A DNA stretch of 64,000 nucleotides from Candidatus Parcubacteria bacterium. Its GTDB lineage: Bacteria; Patescibacteriota; Saccharimonadia; Saccharimonadales; 2-12-FULL-41-12. Position 1 is the stretch's first letter. Each line of letters starts with the position of its first letter. The notes below the pieces were generated by a model. That model did no database searches, was not told where the DNA came from, and was given only the letters and a program-made list of their open reading frames with translations. The stretch is from the NCBI GenBank assembly GCA_019347895.1, contig JAHWKM010000002.1, positions 8,565 through 72,564 of the forward strand, written 5' to 3'. A program made the position numbers and the translations under genes. Positions 18,491-28,722 of this stretch are shown here, in pieces.

Positions 18491-20024
18491 ATTGGCGCAG
18501 GAAACATTGGTGATTTTGGACTTCGGGTCGCAATATACCCAGTTGATAGCCAGGCGGGCGCGCGAACTTAATGTTTATAGCGTAATTTTGCCGTTTAATG
18601 CCAGCTTGAAAAAAATAATGGAACATAATCCGAAAGGCGTGGTGCTTTCCGGCGGGCCGAATTCAGTCTATGAAAAGGATGCGCCGGGGCTGGCTAATGG
18701 AGTGATGTCGCAAAACATGCCGGTACTCGGACTTTGCTACGGAATGCAGTTAATTGCTTACGCGCTCGGCGGCAAAGTAGAACCAGCCGAAAAACGGGAG
18801 TACGGCTTGTCTAAAATCAACGTCCGCGGCAAGAGCAAACTATTTGATGAGAAAATGAATAAATCCACAGTTTGGATGAGCCACGGAGTGCACGTTAGCT
18901 CGCCGCCTAAAACTTTTGAAGTTACGGCTAAAAGCGGCGATATGATAGCCGCCATGGAAAACGCCGACCTAAAACTCTACGGCTTACAATTTCATCCGGA
19001 AACAAGTCACAGCCAATACGGTAAAGAAATGCTTAAAAACTTTCTAGTAAAAATCTGCGGTTTCAATCAAGAATGGAGCGCCGAAGAATTCGTTAATGCT
19101 GAGATAAAAAAAATCCGGAAGCTGGTCGGCAAAAAGCGAGTTATCTGCGCGCTATCCGGCGGAGTCGACTCGTCCGTTGCAGCAACCATTGTTCATAAAG
19201 CCATCGGCGCTCAACAGATGTGTATTTTTGTCGACACGGGTCTTATGCAAAAAGATGATTACGACGAAGTCTTAGGCATATACAAAAACCGCGGTCTGAA
19301 CATAGACGGCGTGCGCGCGGAAAATAGATTTCTGTCCAAGCTGCGAGGCGTGACGAATCCGGAACAAAAACGAAAAATCATCGGCAGGGAATTCATAAAA
19401 ATATTTGAAGAAGAAGCCAAAAAATTCAAAGGGGCGGAATTTCTGGTACAGGGCACTTTGTATCCGGATGTGATTGAGTCGGTTTCTATACACGGCCCGT
19501 CCGTAACCATAAAATCGCATCATAACGTAGGCGGTTTGCCGAAAAAAATGAATTTAAAACTAATTGAGCCTTTGCGAGAACTGTTCAAGGACGAAGTCAG
19601 ACGAATCGGCGGGGAACTAGGTCTGCCACCTAAAATTACTAATAGGCAACCGTTCCCCGGGCCTGGTTTAGGCGTTAGAGTCATCGGTAAAATTACTCCT
19701 AAAGCCGTAGAGATATTGCAAGAAGCTGATTTCATTGTCCGTGAGGAATTTGTAAAAGCCGGAGCTAATAAAGACCTTTGGCAATATTTCGCCGTGTTGC
19801 TGCCCGTCAAAACCGTCGGAGTAATGGGTGATAGCCGTACTCACGAAAAAGTCATTGCCATCCGCGCCGTAGAATCATCAGACGGCATGACCGCCAGCTA
19901 CGCCAAATTGCCCTACAGCTTGCTTGGGAAAATATCCAGCCGCATAATCAGCGAAGTCCAAGGTGTCAACCGCGTCGTCTATGACATAACTTCAAAACCT
20001 CCGGGGACTATTGAATGGGAGTAA
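18483..20024 (+). CDS. guaA: GMP synthase (glutamine-hydrolysing)
   Basis: LDFGSQYTQLIARR, GLCYGMQ, SGGVDS, IKSHHNVGGLP, SKPPGTIEWE. Confidence 0.98.
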   Translation: MKKLAQETLVILDFGSQYTQLIARRARELNVYSVILPFNASLKKIMEHNPKGVVLSGGPNSVYEKDAPGLANGVMSQNMPVLGLCYGMQLIAYALGGKVEPAEKREYGLSKINVRGKSKLFDEKMNKSTVWMSHGVHVSSPPKTFEVTAKSGDMIAAMENADLKLYGLQFHPETSHSQYGKEMLKNFLVKICGFNQEWSAEEFVNAEIKKIRKLVGKKRVICALSGGVDSSVAATIVHKAIGAQQMCIFVDTGLMQKDDYDEVLGIYKNRGLNIDGVRAENRFLSKLRGVTNPEQKRKIIGREFIKIFEEEAKKFKGAEFLVQGTLYPDVIESVSIHGPSVTIKSHHNVGGLPKKMNLKLIEPLRELFKDEVRRIGGELGLPPKITNRQPFPGPGLGVRVIGKITPKAVEILQEADFIVREEFVKAGANKDLWQYFAVLLPVKTVGVMGDSRTHEKVIAIRAVESSDGMTASYAKLPYSLLGKISSRIISEVQGVNRVVYDITSKPPGTIEWE

Positions 20025-20028
20025 TAGC

Positions 20029-21285
20029 ATGAAAGCCACCTTTGTAGTCGGACTGCAGTACGGGGATGAAGGCAAGGGGAAAATTGTTGACCTGCTGGCT
20101 GAAAAGCATGATGTAATAGTACGCGGTAACGGCGGATCAAATGCCGGGCATACTATTGTTCTAAAGGGTGGTAAAACCCTAGCACTTCATCAAATACCCT
20201 CGGGGATTACTTACGGGGGCAAACAAAATATTATCGGTAACGGTTGTTTTTTTGATCCGGTAAAGCTAGCTGAGGAAATAAAAAACGTGACCGAAAATGG
20301 CGTAAACGTTTCGCCAAAAAATCTGGCAATCAGCAAGGCGGCGCACATAGTTTTGCCAGTACATAAAGCCAAAGACGCGCTGCGTGAAGGCGGCGTCGGC
20401 GCGCAGGGAAGCACTAAAGCCGGCATAGCTTTTGTGGCCTCGGACAAATACCTGCGCGAAGGTATCCGGGCAGAAGCAGCTCTCAATAAATCAGAAAAAG
20501 AATTATATAAAATTGCCCATGATGGCTTGGTGGAGCTAGGCGAGGCCAAGCCGCAAGCCGCGGTCCAAGCCACCGAGTTTGCCCTTGAAACTCTCAAGCT
20601 AAGCGAATACATTGTAGATACCGTGGAGTTAATTCACCAGCAAATAAATTCCGGTAAAGAAATCTTAGTGGAAGGCGCCCAAGCTTTCGGGCTGGACATA
20701 AACCACGGCAAATACCCATTTACCACGTCTTCCGATACGACGGTTGCCGGACTCTTGAGCGGCACAGGTTTAAACTACAAGCAAATCGGAAAAGTTATTG
20801 GCGTAGCCAAGGCCATACCTTCAAAAGTCGGCGGCGGGAATTTCGTAACGGCAATTGGAGATAAAAAAATCGCAGAACAAACCCGAGGCGAAAAAGGCAG
20901 AGTCGACTCAGAATTCGGCGCCACTACAGGACGCCCGCGGGGAGTCGGCTATTTAGACCTCGTGGCCTTAAAACGTGCAGTCGAGGTCAATGGAGTAGAT
21001 GAAATCGCCCTGACAAAATTGGACTGCTTAATACGCCACGGTAAAACGACAAAAATAGCAGTCGCTTATAAGCTAGACGGCCAAGAAATCGAATCGCCGC
21101 CCACCTCCAATGAGGAGCTGGCAAAATGTCAGCCGGTTTACCGTGCATTTTCTACATGGAAAGAAAATGATTCAGCCGAAGCAGAAGAATACTTGGAATT
21201 TATAGAGAAGTACTTAAAAATACCTATTACCATGATTGGTACGGGGCCCGGTAGAAATGATTTATTTATTAGGACAAGAACATGA
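20029..21285 (+). CDS. purA: Adenylosuccinate synthetase
   Basis: QYGDEGKGK, GGSNAGHT, EGAQA, EFGATTGRPR, LTKLD. Confidence 0.97.
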   Translation: MKATFVVGLQYGDEGKGKIVDLLAEKHDVIVRGNGGSNAGHTIVLKGGKTLALHQIPSGITYGGKQNIIGNGCFFDPVKLAEEIKNVTENGVNVSPKNLAISKAAHIVLPVHKAKDALREGGVGAQGSTKAGIAFVASDKYLREGIRAEAALNKSEKELYKIAHDGLVELGEAKPQAAVQATEFALETLKLSEYIVDTVELIHQQINSGKEILVEGAQAFGLDINHGKYPFTTSSDTTVAGLLSGTGLNYKQIGKVIGVAKAIPSKVGGGNFVTAIGDKKIAEQTRGEKGRVDSEFGATTGRPRGVGYLDLVALKRAVEVNGVDEIALTKLDCLIRHGKTTKIAVAYKLDGQEIESPPTSNEELAKCQPVYRAFSTWKENDSAEAEEYLEFIEKYLKIPITMIGTGPGRNDLFIRTRT

Positions 21286-22103
21286 ATTTTTTAGAGAAGT
21301 TAGATAAAGCGGTTGAGAAAAATAACAGCTTGGTATGCGTGGGTCTCGACCCCGATACCGATAAACTGCCCGGACAATTCAAAAACTCTGATAATTCATT
21401 TTTTGAATTTAATAAAGCAATTATTGACGCGACGGCAGATTTGGTCTGCTGCTTTAAGCCAAACTCGGCCTTTTACGAGGCTCTGGGTTCGGACGGAATA
21501 CAAATGCTTGAAGAAACTTGTGACTATATCCGCGAAAAATATCCCGCGATACCGATATTACTAGATTTCAAAAGAGGCGATATTGGAAACACCAACCAGA
21601 AATACGCGCAGTTTGCTTTTGATTATTTAGAAGTTGACGCAGTTACGTTGCACCCGTTCTTTGGCAGAAGCTCTCTGCAGGCCTTTCTTGATTTCAAAGA
21701 TAAGGGCATGGTTATAATGATCAAATCTTCCAATGATGACAGCAGTGAATTGCAGGATTTAAAAGTTGAGGGAGGAAAACTCTTTGAGCACTTAGCTTTC
21801 CAAGTTAAAACTCACTGGAACGAGAACGAGAATTGTCTATTAATGGTTGGCGCGACTTATCCGAGAGAACTTGCTTCCGTACGGAAGATTGCAGGCGACA
21901 AAATGCAAATTTTAGTTCCGGGGGTCGGGGCACAGGGCGGCGTAGCCGAAATGTTAAAAGCCGGACTTAACAGCCAAGGGAGGGGGCTGATAGTAAGCGC
22001 CTCCCGCTCAGTTTTGTACGCGTCAAACAAAGAAGATTTCGCGGATGCCGCCCGCCAAGCCGCTGAAAAACTAAAAACTCAAATCAACCAATTCAGACCT
22101 TAG
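21282..22103 (+). CDS. pyrF: Orotidine-5'-phosphate decarboxylase
   Basis: VCVGLDP, FKPNSAFYE, LDFKRGDIGNT, VGAT, PGVGAQGG. Confidence 0.96.
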   Translation: MNFLEKLDKAVEKNNSLVCVGLDPDTDKLPGQFKNSDNSFFEFNKAIIDATADLVCCFKPNSAFYEALGSDGIQMLEETCDYIREKYPAIPILLDFKRGDIGNTNQKYAQFAFDYLEVDAVTLHPFFGRSSLQAFLDFKDKGMVIMIKSSNDDSSELQDLKVEGGKLFEHLAFQVKTHWNENENCLLMVGATYPRELASVRKIAGDKMQILVPGVGAQGGVAEMLKAGLNSQGRGLIVSASRSVLYASNKEDFADAARQAAEKLKTQINQFRP

Positions 22104-22119
22104 TTTTCAACTAAGTCAA

Positions 22120-22410
22120 AGTTCTTGTGGCCAAGAACCAATTTCGGCGGTACTTCGTACCTACCCCGAGTTCCTTTTTTGTCTGAAAAAAGGAACCGAA
22201 AAAGCAGACAGCAGGTGAGAAAACACGACTGAAGCGAGATACCAGCTTGTCTCGTGATGCGAAAGACTCCTTTCAGTCGGCCCTGTTCCATTTTATCCAA
22301 GGAGCGAACAGGACTTGGTTTCGCATCAGCCATTCGAGACAAGCTGATTCGCCTCAATCGGTTTTATCAATGCTGGGTAAAAGCGATGAGAAAAACTTGT
22401 TTTCTCAGAA
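22120..22410 (-). repeat. Structured repeat module B
   Basis: Near-identical reverse complement of 6915-7145. Confidence 0.9.
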
Positions 22411-22418
22411 TAATAATT

Positions 22419-25400
22419 TTAGTTGTCTAAAGCAGATAGAATTTCATCTATGTGTTTACCTCTATCGTAACTTCCGTCCCATTTAGAGTATGGTATTCTG
22501 TAAAATTTCCATTTTGCTGCCTCTAAAATGCTTTGTCTTTCCCAGTCGCTTTGAACATATACATCCTCGATTTCGTCTTCGAAATGAGTTGGTCCGTCAC
22601 ATTCAATCGCTAATTTTTTGCCGTTAATTTTATTGTGGATAGCAAAGTCAATTTTAAAGCCACAAGATTCAACTTGATTTTGAATTAAATGATTGCTTTT
22701 TAGGTACGGCACTATGAGTTCATAAAAATCACGCTCAAAATTAGAATCAAACATATCTGTATCTACTCCGTCAGAGAACATTCTGGATGCCTTGCCGTTC
22801 TCTTCTACATATTCAAGATATCTTTTTATCCAGATTCCTTCTGGCCATTGTTCCGGTCTTAGAGAAGTTACGCAATGAACTTGGTGTTTGGCTCTCGAAA
22901 ACGCCACATTAACACGGCCTTCATTAAGTTCTCTGTTAATTTCGCCACCTTCGCCTGTTAATGAAATATACCGACTTTTTTCAGAAGGATCACTTATAGC
23001 AAATGAATAGATGATAATTTCTCTTTCGTCGCCCTGTATCCCTTCAATATTGGAAACTTTGATTGATTTATCGTCTATCATTCTTCTCAGTAATTCGGCT
23101 TGTTCTGTGAAGAAGGAAAGTACGCCAATCGACATATCTTTTGTTTGCTCGTCCATTTTAATTTCGCGTATAAGATTGCAGATATATTCTGCTTCATCTA
23201 CATTTGTCTTAAGAGATTCATCCCTCGATCTATTCGAGTCAATTATATGGTTTACCAGCACTCTATTCGTATCCTTGTAAGGTGTAAGTGAGGCATTGAC
23301 TATTTCAAGGGTTCTCTTTCTTGGTCTATAAAAGTATTCGTTTGAAAAACCAATCAATTCACGCGGCGAACGATAATGACTTCTCAGCACTGAACTTCTA
23401 AATCCTTGAAGTATGCCTATGTCCATAACAGACTTCACCGAATCAGACTCACTTTTTATTTGAAGTTCTTCAGGAATTGAATACTTTCTTGCCATCTCCA
23501 GTAATGCATTATTGGATTTAAACTTAATCGTTGTATCACGCATTTGTAATGTGTCGCCAAATAGTAGTGTATGTCTCGCTCGGGACATAGCGGGTATGGC
23601 ATAAGCAAGATTACACTGCGAGGCCTCGTCGATTATTACATAGTCAAAAATATTTAACTCACTCGGTACGATTCTACTCACATCTTCAAGGCTCATCAAC
23701 CACATAGGAAATAGATCTAAAATCGTCTTGAATACAGCCGGATCCGAGCGAAATGAATCATAAGTCTTATATGCCCGTTTAGATTTTTTAAATGTTCGAA
23801 CGGCTCGCTCAACATTCTGTCGGACGGTGGCGTGCGCCCATGCATTATCAAGCCTTGAAGATGTCTTATTACGTAAAGAGTTTTTTACAAATTCTTGATA
23901 CTGCTTTCTGGATTTATGCACTTCTTTATTGAGGGAGTTTATATCTTTAAGCCTTAGGTTGTCGATTTCCTGCTTTAATTCAATAGATTCTATTACTTTA
24001 TCTATGGCTGAATCACCATGTTTTTGTATAAGGTGTACTATTTCGGTATATTCGTCAGATTTTAACCCTAGGTTCTGAAGATTTTTTTTAGCATGAGTTT
24101 CATACTCAAGCATTGAGCGCCTTGTTTCTTCTGATTGAAATGCTAGTATCAAATCTTGAAGCTGAGACCCCAATTTCGTTTTACTTGGAGATCTATTAAA
24201 CTCATCCAGTATTTCTGAGATATAATTTCTTACCTCAACAGGCAGATTATTTGAAACATTCTTTTGTTTAGATAGGGATACTCGATTATGCAGTTTCCTT
24301 GTGATACTAAAGCCAGAATCTTTTATTTGAACCATTAGGCTGGTTTTCATCTGCTCAATATGTCCTGCCGAGTTAACGTAATATTCCATATTGATATAAC
24401 CAAGCTTATTAAAAATTTTTTCATGAGTTTTGTGGTTGCTAGCCACAAATTCTTTCATTTCTTTCAAATGTTTAAGTGTCTTTCTAATATCATTAATCCT
24501 TTCTAAAGGGCTGGCCGTTATAAATTTTTCCGGTTGTGAAATTTTTACATTGAATTCATCGAGATTATTTAGCTTATCTTTTAATTCAAAGTATTTCCTT
24601 TGATTTTGGAATTGGTCGTTATATTCATTTACGACCGATTCAATACTTTTATTTGGCTCTTGCTCAAAAGTACCTCGTCGTCTGTCTTCAATCACTGACT
24701 TTATTCTTGATAGTTCATTTGCGGCGCCATCTACGTCATCGTTAAGTGTATGCAACGCGGAATATCTATCTGGTATATACCCATATAGACCAGGGATATC
24801 TAAACTTTTAAGTAGATCTTTGACCACACGTATTGCCTGATCTTTCTGGCTGACAAAAAGGACTTTCTTATCATTCGCCGCTAAGTGGCATAGAAGGTTT
24901 GCAATTGTCTGCGACTTACCCGTGCCTGGCGGACCTTGAATTATAGAGGCCCTATTTTTTATTTGAGCTAAGACTTCACGCTGATATTTATCAGATAGAA
25001 ATGGAAAATATACTGAGCCTTCTGAACTATTAATATCAATTGTCTCATCTAGCTCGCGCTCATCCACAAAACCTGAAAGGGATGTTTCAAGCAGTTCGTC
25101 CTGCTCCGTGTCTACGAGATTATCAAGATCTTGCGTTAGGAAAAAATTACTTTTCGGTGCAAGCGATATGGATAGATATGCTAAATTAAGCGGTTCACCG
25201 CTGAAAACTACTTCTTCGCACAACCTTAATTCATTAAGCAACTCTTCGTATACTTGCTGAATGACTGTAGTGTCCACAGGTAAAGTAAATTTGCCTTCAA
25301 GCTCCATGCTATTTATTCTTTTTTGAAATTCTTGATATCGATCGGCCCCTAATACTTGTGACATAAATGAAAAACTGGGGGTTATGCGATCATCAAGAAG

Positions 25401-25892
25401 AGTTATTTGCTTTTTTATCCCATTATTTTCAATCTCTATAGGTATAGTAAAAACCGGAAACTGAATTTTCTTTTTTATAGATTCATCTGCCTCATCTTCT
25501 CCTTCAACCTCTAATACGTCTTTAGCGACAAGATCTACATAACCAAGATTGAGCTGGGTTTGTTTTGTAAAACTATCAGTATCAACTTTTAATTTTATTT
25601 CATCAAGTACATTGAGAAGTCTGCGCTGGTATTCGAACTCTTTTTTATTATCTCCCTCTAATTCTTCTATTTTCTTTAAATCTGACTCATAAAAAAGTTC
25701 ACACTTTATACCAAGCTGAATACCGTAAGATATGTCGTCTTCGTCTACGGCCGCAAGGATATCATTTAGTGATAGGATGTGCGGTTTTATCTGATCAGTT
25801 TTTAAGCTAGACCGCTGCCTTACTGGATTTACCATTCCGAGATATGTTTTTGCGTATAAAATTAAGTTTTTTAGTTCAACTACCGAAGACAT
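22419..25892 (-). CDS. SF1 (Upf1/DNA2-like) helicase with C-terminal Vsr/DUF559-like endonuclease; probable defence protein
   Basis: IQGPPGTGKSQT, IIDEASQ, GDTLQM, HYRS, IQGDERE, NVAFSRA; C-term FDSNFE...KIDF...AIECDGPTH...RQSILE..KWKFYRI. Confidence 0.88.
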   Translation of the reverse strand: MSSVVELKNLILYAKTYLGMVNPVRQRSSLKTDQIKPHILSLNDILAAVDEDDISYGIQLGIKCELFYESDLKKIEELEGDNKKEFEYQRRLLNVLDEIKLKVDTDSFTKQTQLNLGYVDLVAKDVLEVEGEDEADESIKKKIQFPVFTIPIEIENNGIKKQITLLDDRITPSFSFMSQVLGADRYQEFQKRINSMELEGKFTLPVDTTVIQQVYEELLNELRLCEEVVFSGEPLNLAYLSISLAPKSNFFLTQDLDNLVDTEQDELLETSLSGFVDERELDETIDINSSEGSVYFPFLSDKYQREVLAQIKNRASIIQGPPGTGKSQTIANLLCHLAANDKKVLFVSQKDQAIRVVKDLLKSLDIPGLYGYIPDRYSALHTLNDDVDGAANELSRIKSVIEDRRRGTFEQEPNKSIESVVNEYNDQFQNQRKYFELKDKLNNLDEFNVKISQPEKFITASPLERINDIRKTLKHLKEMKEFVASNHKTHEKIFNKLGYINMEYYVNSAGHIEQMKTSLMVQIKDSGFSITRKLHNRVSLSKQKNVSNNLPVEVRNYISEILDEFNRSPSKTKLGSQLQDLILAFQSEETRRSMLEYETHAKKNLQNLGLKSDEYTEIVHLIQKHGDSAIDKVIESIELKQEIDNLRLKDINSLNKEVHKSRKQYQEFVKNSLRNKTSSRLDNAWAHATVRQNVERAVRTFKKSKRAYKTYDSFRSDPAVFKTILDLFPMWLMSLEDVSRIVPSELNIFDYVIIDEASQCNLAYAIPAMSRARHTLLFGDTLQMRDTTIKFKSNNALLEMARKYSIPEELQIKSESDSVKSVMDIGILQGFRSSVLRSHYRSPRELIGFSNEYFYRPRKRTLEIVNASLTPYKDTNRVLVNHIIDSNRSRDESLKTNVDEAEYICNLIREIKMDEQTKDMSIGVLSFFTEQAELLRRMIDDKSIKVSNIEGIQGDEREIIIYSFAISDPSEKSRYISLTGEGGEINRELNEGRVNVAFSRAKHQVHCVTSLRPEQWPEGIWIKRYLEYVEENGKASRMFSDGVDTDMFDSNFERDFYELIVPYLKSNHLIQNQVESCGFKIDFAIHNKINGKKLAIECDGPTHFEDEIEDVYVQSDWERQSILEAAKWKFYRIPYSKWDGSYDRGKHIDEILSALDN

Positions 25893-25949
25893 GCATTAAT
25901 TATATCTTCATTAGACCGTCTAGCATAATCCCTAAATATCAGCCAAAAA

Positions 25950-26347
25950 TCTGAGAAAATCTGAGATTTTCTTATCTGCTTTTGTTCAGGCGCTCTGGAA
26001 GTTCCCGCCGTCGACCGGGCTTTGGCGGACAGGCCTGATCAGTGAATGCCAAAATAGTATTTATAGAAAAACAGGTTTTTTCTATTCTAATTGTTGGGTT
26101 TGGGCATTGAGAGCCGTCCTGATTGGCGAATGTCAAAAACACAATTACTAGCGAGGCAGTGTTTAAGCCCCTCACCTTTTTGGATGTAAAAAGGTGAGGG
26201 GTGAGTTTGCCGAGCATTGTGTCTTTTGACAATGAGACAGTCAAGACGGATCGACGCCCAAGAGTTTTTGCATTCTTTTGTCGGCACAAAAGAATGGACT
26301 TGCTTCTTTGTCGAAAGAAGTTGGCTTGGTTCTTCGACCAGAAGAAC
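25950..26347 (-). repeat. Structured repeat module A
   Basis: Reverse complement of segments in 6725-6868 and 53155-53395. Confidence 0.85.
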
Positions 26348-27453
26348 TATGTAATTATAGAATCAAGTTTGTTTTCGGAAATCGCTTGTTTTACTTCCAT
26401 GGCTATCCGCTGCCCAAAACTTATGTTGTCGCCGTAAAGGTAGCCGGAGTAGGGGGTAAACATCGAGCCGGGACTGCCAGGAATGCGCATGCTGACGTCA
26501 AACACATAAAGTTCCTCTTTGGGCGGGCCAGCCGTGATGGCGCCCTGCAAAGCAAATGGGCCAATCATACCCGGCGGATAATGTTTGGCAACGGCTTCAA
26601 CGAATCGCTCGCCGGCATCGAAGGCTTTTTCCAGCAATGATTCTTTAATCGTTACGGCTTGATGCCCATTCTCTATATACTTTGGCTGTACATGTTTTAA
26701 GACTTCTATTTGTTCTTTTGCCGTCAATCGAAGGAGACCGTCGATATTTGTTTGCCTGCGGGTGTCGGTCCCTAGCAGCTCCAGTTGGCCTGACAAGGCT
26801 GAAAAAAAGAAATTTAAATTAAGCTGGGGCCCTAAAACGAATTCTTCGATAATTGCCCGTGCGATACCAGCTTCACTAATGGAGCCATTCTTGACCCTGG
26901 CTTCGCATTCTCTTTTATAATCCTCATAATTATTTACTAAGAAAAACGCCCGCTCGTAGCTTCGGGCTTCTTCGGCGGCTTTGACTATCACCAGCCGATC
27001 AATGTCTTTGGGATCTTTGTATTGTTTAGGGATAGTTATGCCGGCTTCTTTCAATAAGAAATACTGATTTTTTTCCTCGTCGCGTTCTTCTTTGCGCACT
27101 AAAATCCGGTTGCCCAGGATGGGCACGTCAAAGTCAGACTCAACGGCTTTATTGTCGCAGTAAACCCAAAAATACCGGCTGTTAACAAAAACCGCATTCA
27201 GATCCCGCAGCTGTTTTTGAATCTCCGGCTTGATGATATCGCCAAATGAATCCACATAAATTATATGGTCCACGCAGCCTTTTTCTCCGCGAGTTTTATA
27301 ATATCTGTCGTAAGTTTTTGCCCGGTCTTTTCTGGTGACAACTACCGTTTCATATCCTTCTTTTTTAGCACCGCGGCAAACATCCAGCGCACTATGGCCG
27401 CCAAGCGTCGCGATACGAACATTATTTAAATCATAGCCTTGGAGCAGTTTCAT
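26347..27453 (-). CDS. purP: PurP-like ATP-grasp protein (DUF1297)
   Basis: ATLGGHSALD, ERAFF, IIEEF, RRQTNIDG, IGPFALQG, FDVSMRIPGSP. Confidence 0.88.
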   Translation of the reverse strand: MKLLQGYDLNNVRIATLGGHSALDVCRGAKKEGYETVVVTRKDRAKTYDRYYKTRGEKGCVDHIIYVDSFGDIIKPEIQKQLRDLNAVFVNSRYFWVYCDNKAVESDFDVPILGNRILVRKEERDEEKNQYFLLKEAGITIPKQYKDPKDIDRLVIVKAAEEARSYERAFFLVNNYEDYKRECEARVKNGSISEAGIARAIIEEFVLGPQLNLNFFFSALSGQLELLGTDTRRQTNIDGLLRLTAKEQIEVLKHVQPKYIENGHQAVTIKESLLEKAFDAGERFVEAVAKHYPPGMIGPFALQGAITAGPPKEELYVFDVSMRIPGSPGSMFTPYSGYLYGDNISFGQRIAMEVKQAISENKLDSIIT

Positions 27454-28466
27454 TAACCCAGTACTTTCTCCAGCTGATTTGATTCTATGGCTTCTTTGAT
27501 TTCAAGGGCCACGCGTCGTCCGGTGCTCATCGGCACGTCATAGCGCAGATCAGCATAAGGCGAACCGTTAATGTATGGATTGGTACCAGCCACAATCCTA
27601 GCCGAGATTTCAAAAACATAAATTTCCATCTCAGGAGTAATAATGGTTTCCAGACAAAACGGTCCGATCAAACCGCCCGGTTCCAATTCCTGGGAAACCT
27701 CTATAACCCTCTCTCCCATAGAGAAAAGGTCAGGCAAGAACTTCTCGCGTATTACGACCGGGATATTGCCCATGATATTATACGAACTCTCGATATTAAG
27801 GTCCAACTGATCCTTAGCGCTTATCCGGCCGATGGAGTCGACGTTGGTTTCATAGCGCTTATCCATACTCATTACCTCCAGCTCGCCGGATAGCGGGGAG
27901 TAGAAGTAATGGACATAAATAGGCGCGCCGACAATATATTCCTGGATAATATGCCTTTTATTCTCGGTTTCTTTGATTTTCTTATAAAATTCAGCGGGGT
28001 TTTTGGCCAGGAAAAAGCCTTTGCCGCCGCCAGCACCAAAAAATTTTATGATAACGGGACCGTCTATTTCCTCCGGAGTTTTATATATCTTAGGCAGCTT
28101 CAGGCCGGCCTTCTTTAACCAGTCGCGCTGCTTCTCACGGTTTTCTTCCCACGGCAAGATCTTTTTGTTGCCAAAATACAGGGCATTTGAGGCATTCAAA
28201 GCGCTTAAATCCGTATAGGCGCTAAAGAAAGAGCCGTGCGGCACAAGTATGACATTTTCATCAATTAGCCTTTGCTCGAGTTTGACTATATCTTTAAAGC
28301 TATCAATTTCGATAATCTCATCGGCAATCCGGTAAGAACGGTAAGGCTGAGACCGTCCCTTTTCGCAAATAATAATATTTCTGAAACCTTCGTCGCGCGC
28401 ACCTTTTAAGATTTGCAGGGAAGAGTGGCTGCCAAGCGTTCCGATCTTATAGTCCTTTAAATCCAC
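27453..28466 (-). CDS. purP: Formate--AICAR ligase, archaeal-type PurP
   Basis: GTLGSHSSLQIL, VPHGSF, GGKGFF, DKRYETNVD, IGPFCLET, FEISARIVAGTN; GTG start 28466 preferred over 28562. Confidence 0.9.
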   Translation of the reverse strand: MDLKDYKIGTLGSHSSLQILKGARDEGFRNIIICEKGRSQPYRSYRIADEIIEIDSFKDIVKLEQRLIDENVILVPHGSFFSAYTDLSALNASNALYFGNKKILPWEENREKQRDWLKKAGLKLPKIYKTPEEIDGPVIIKFFGAGGGKGFFLAKNPAEFYKKIKETENKRHIIQEYIVGAPIYVHYFYSPLSGELEVMSMDKRYETNVDSIGRISAKDQLDLNIESSYNIMGNIPVVIREKFLPDLFSMGERVIEVSQELEPGGLIGPFCLETIITPEMEIYVFEISARIVAGTNPYINGSPYADLRYDVPMSTGRRVALEIKEAIESNQLEKVLG

Positions 28467-28467
28467 C

Positions 28468-28644
28468 TTAAATCCTAATTCTGTTAAGTGAAGTTCGTTT
28501 TGGCGAGTGCTCCGTTTGGGTTTTGGCGAGAAGACATATCTGTGGATACGTTGACGAGTCAAAACTAAGCGGAGTGCCGCCAGAACGGGCTGAAGCTGGA
28601 ATAAGGGTTTGAGGTGGGTTTATATCCATATTCAGACAATTATA
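28468..28644 (-). promoter_or_regulatory. Hairpin leader with 53-aa uORF (28629-28468) upstream of purP
   Basis: TATAAT-9nt-ATG; long imperfect IR about 28492-28590; TAA 1 nt before purP GTG. Confidence 0.6.
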
Positions 28645-28671
28645 CTCTGTTGAGCTCTGATCTTGCAAAAT

Positions 28672-28703
28672 AAAAACTCCCGGCGTTTTTGGCCGGGAGC
28701 TTT
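28672..28703. terminator. Intrinsic terminator
   Basis: ctcccggc-gttttt-ggccgggag with flanking A/T runs, downstream of the LPXTG gene. Confidence 0.75.
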
Positions 28704-28722
28704 ATATCTTTTATTTATATAT

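Noticed and set aside
28470..28640. ZMP/ZTP (pfl) riboswitch before purP
   Set aside because: GACTGGCG..GTGG and CGCCTGGG motifs not found.
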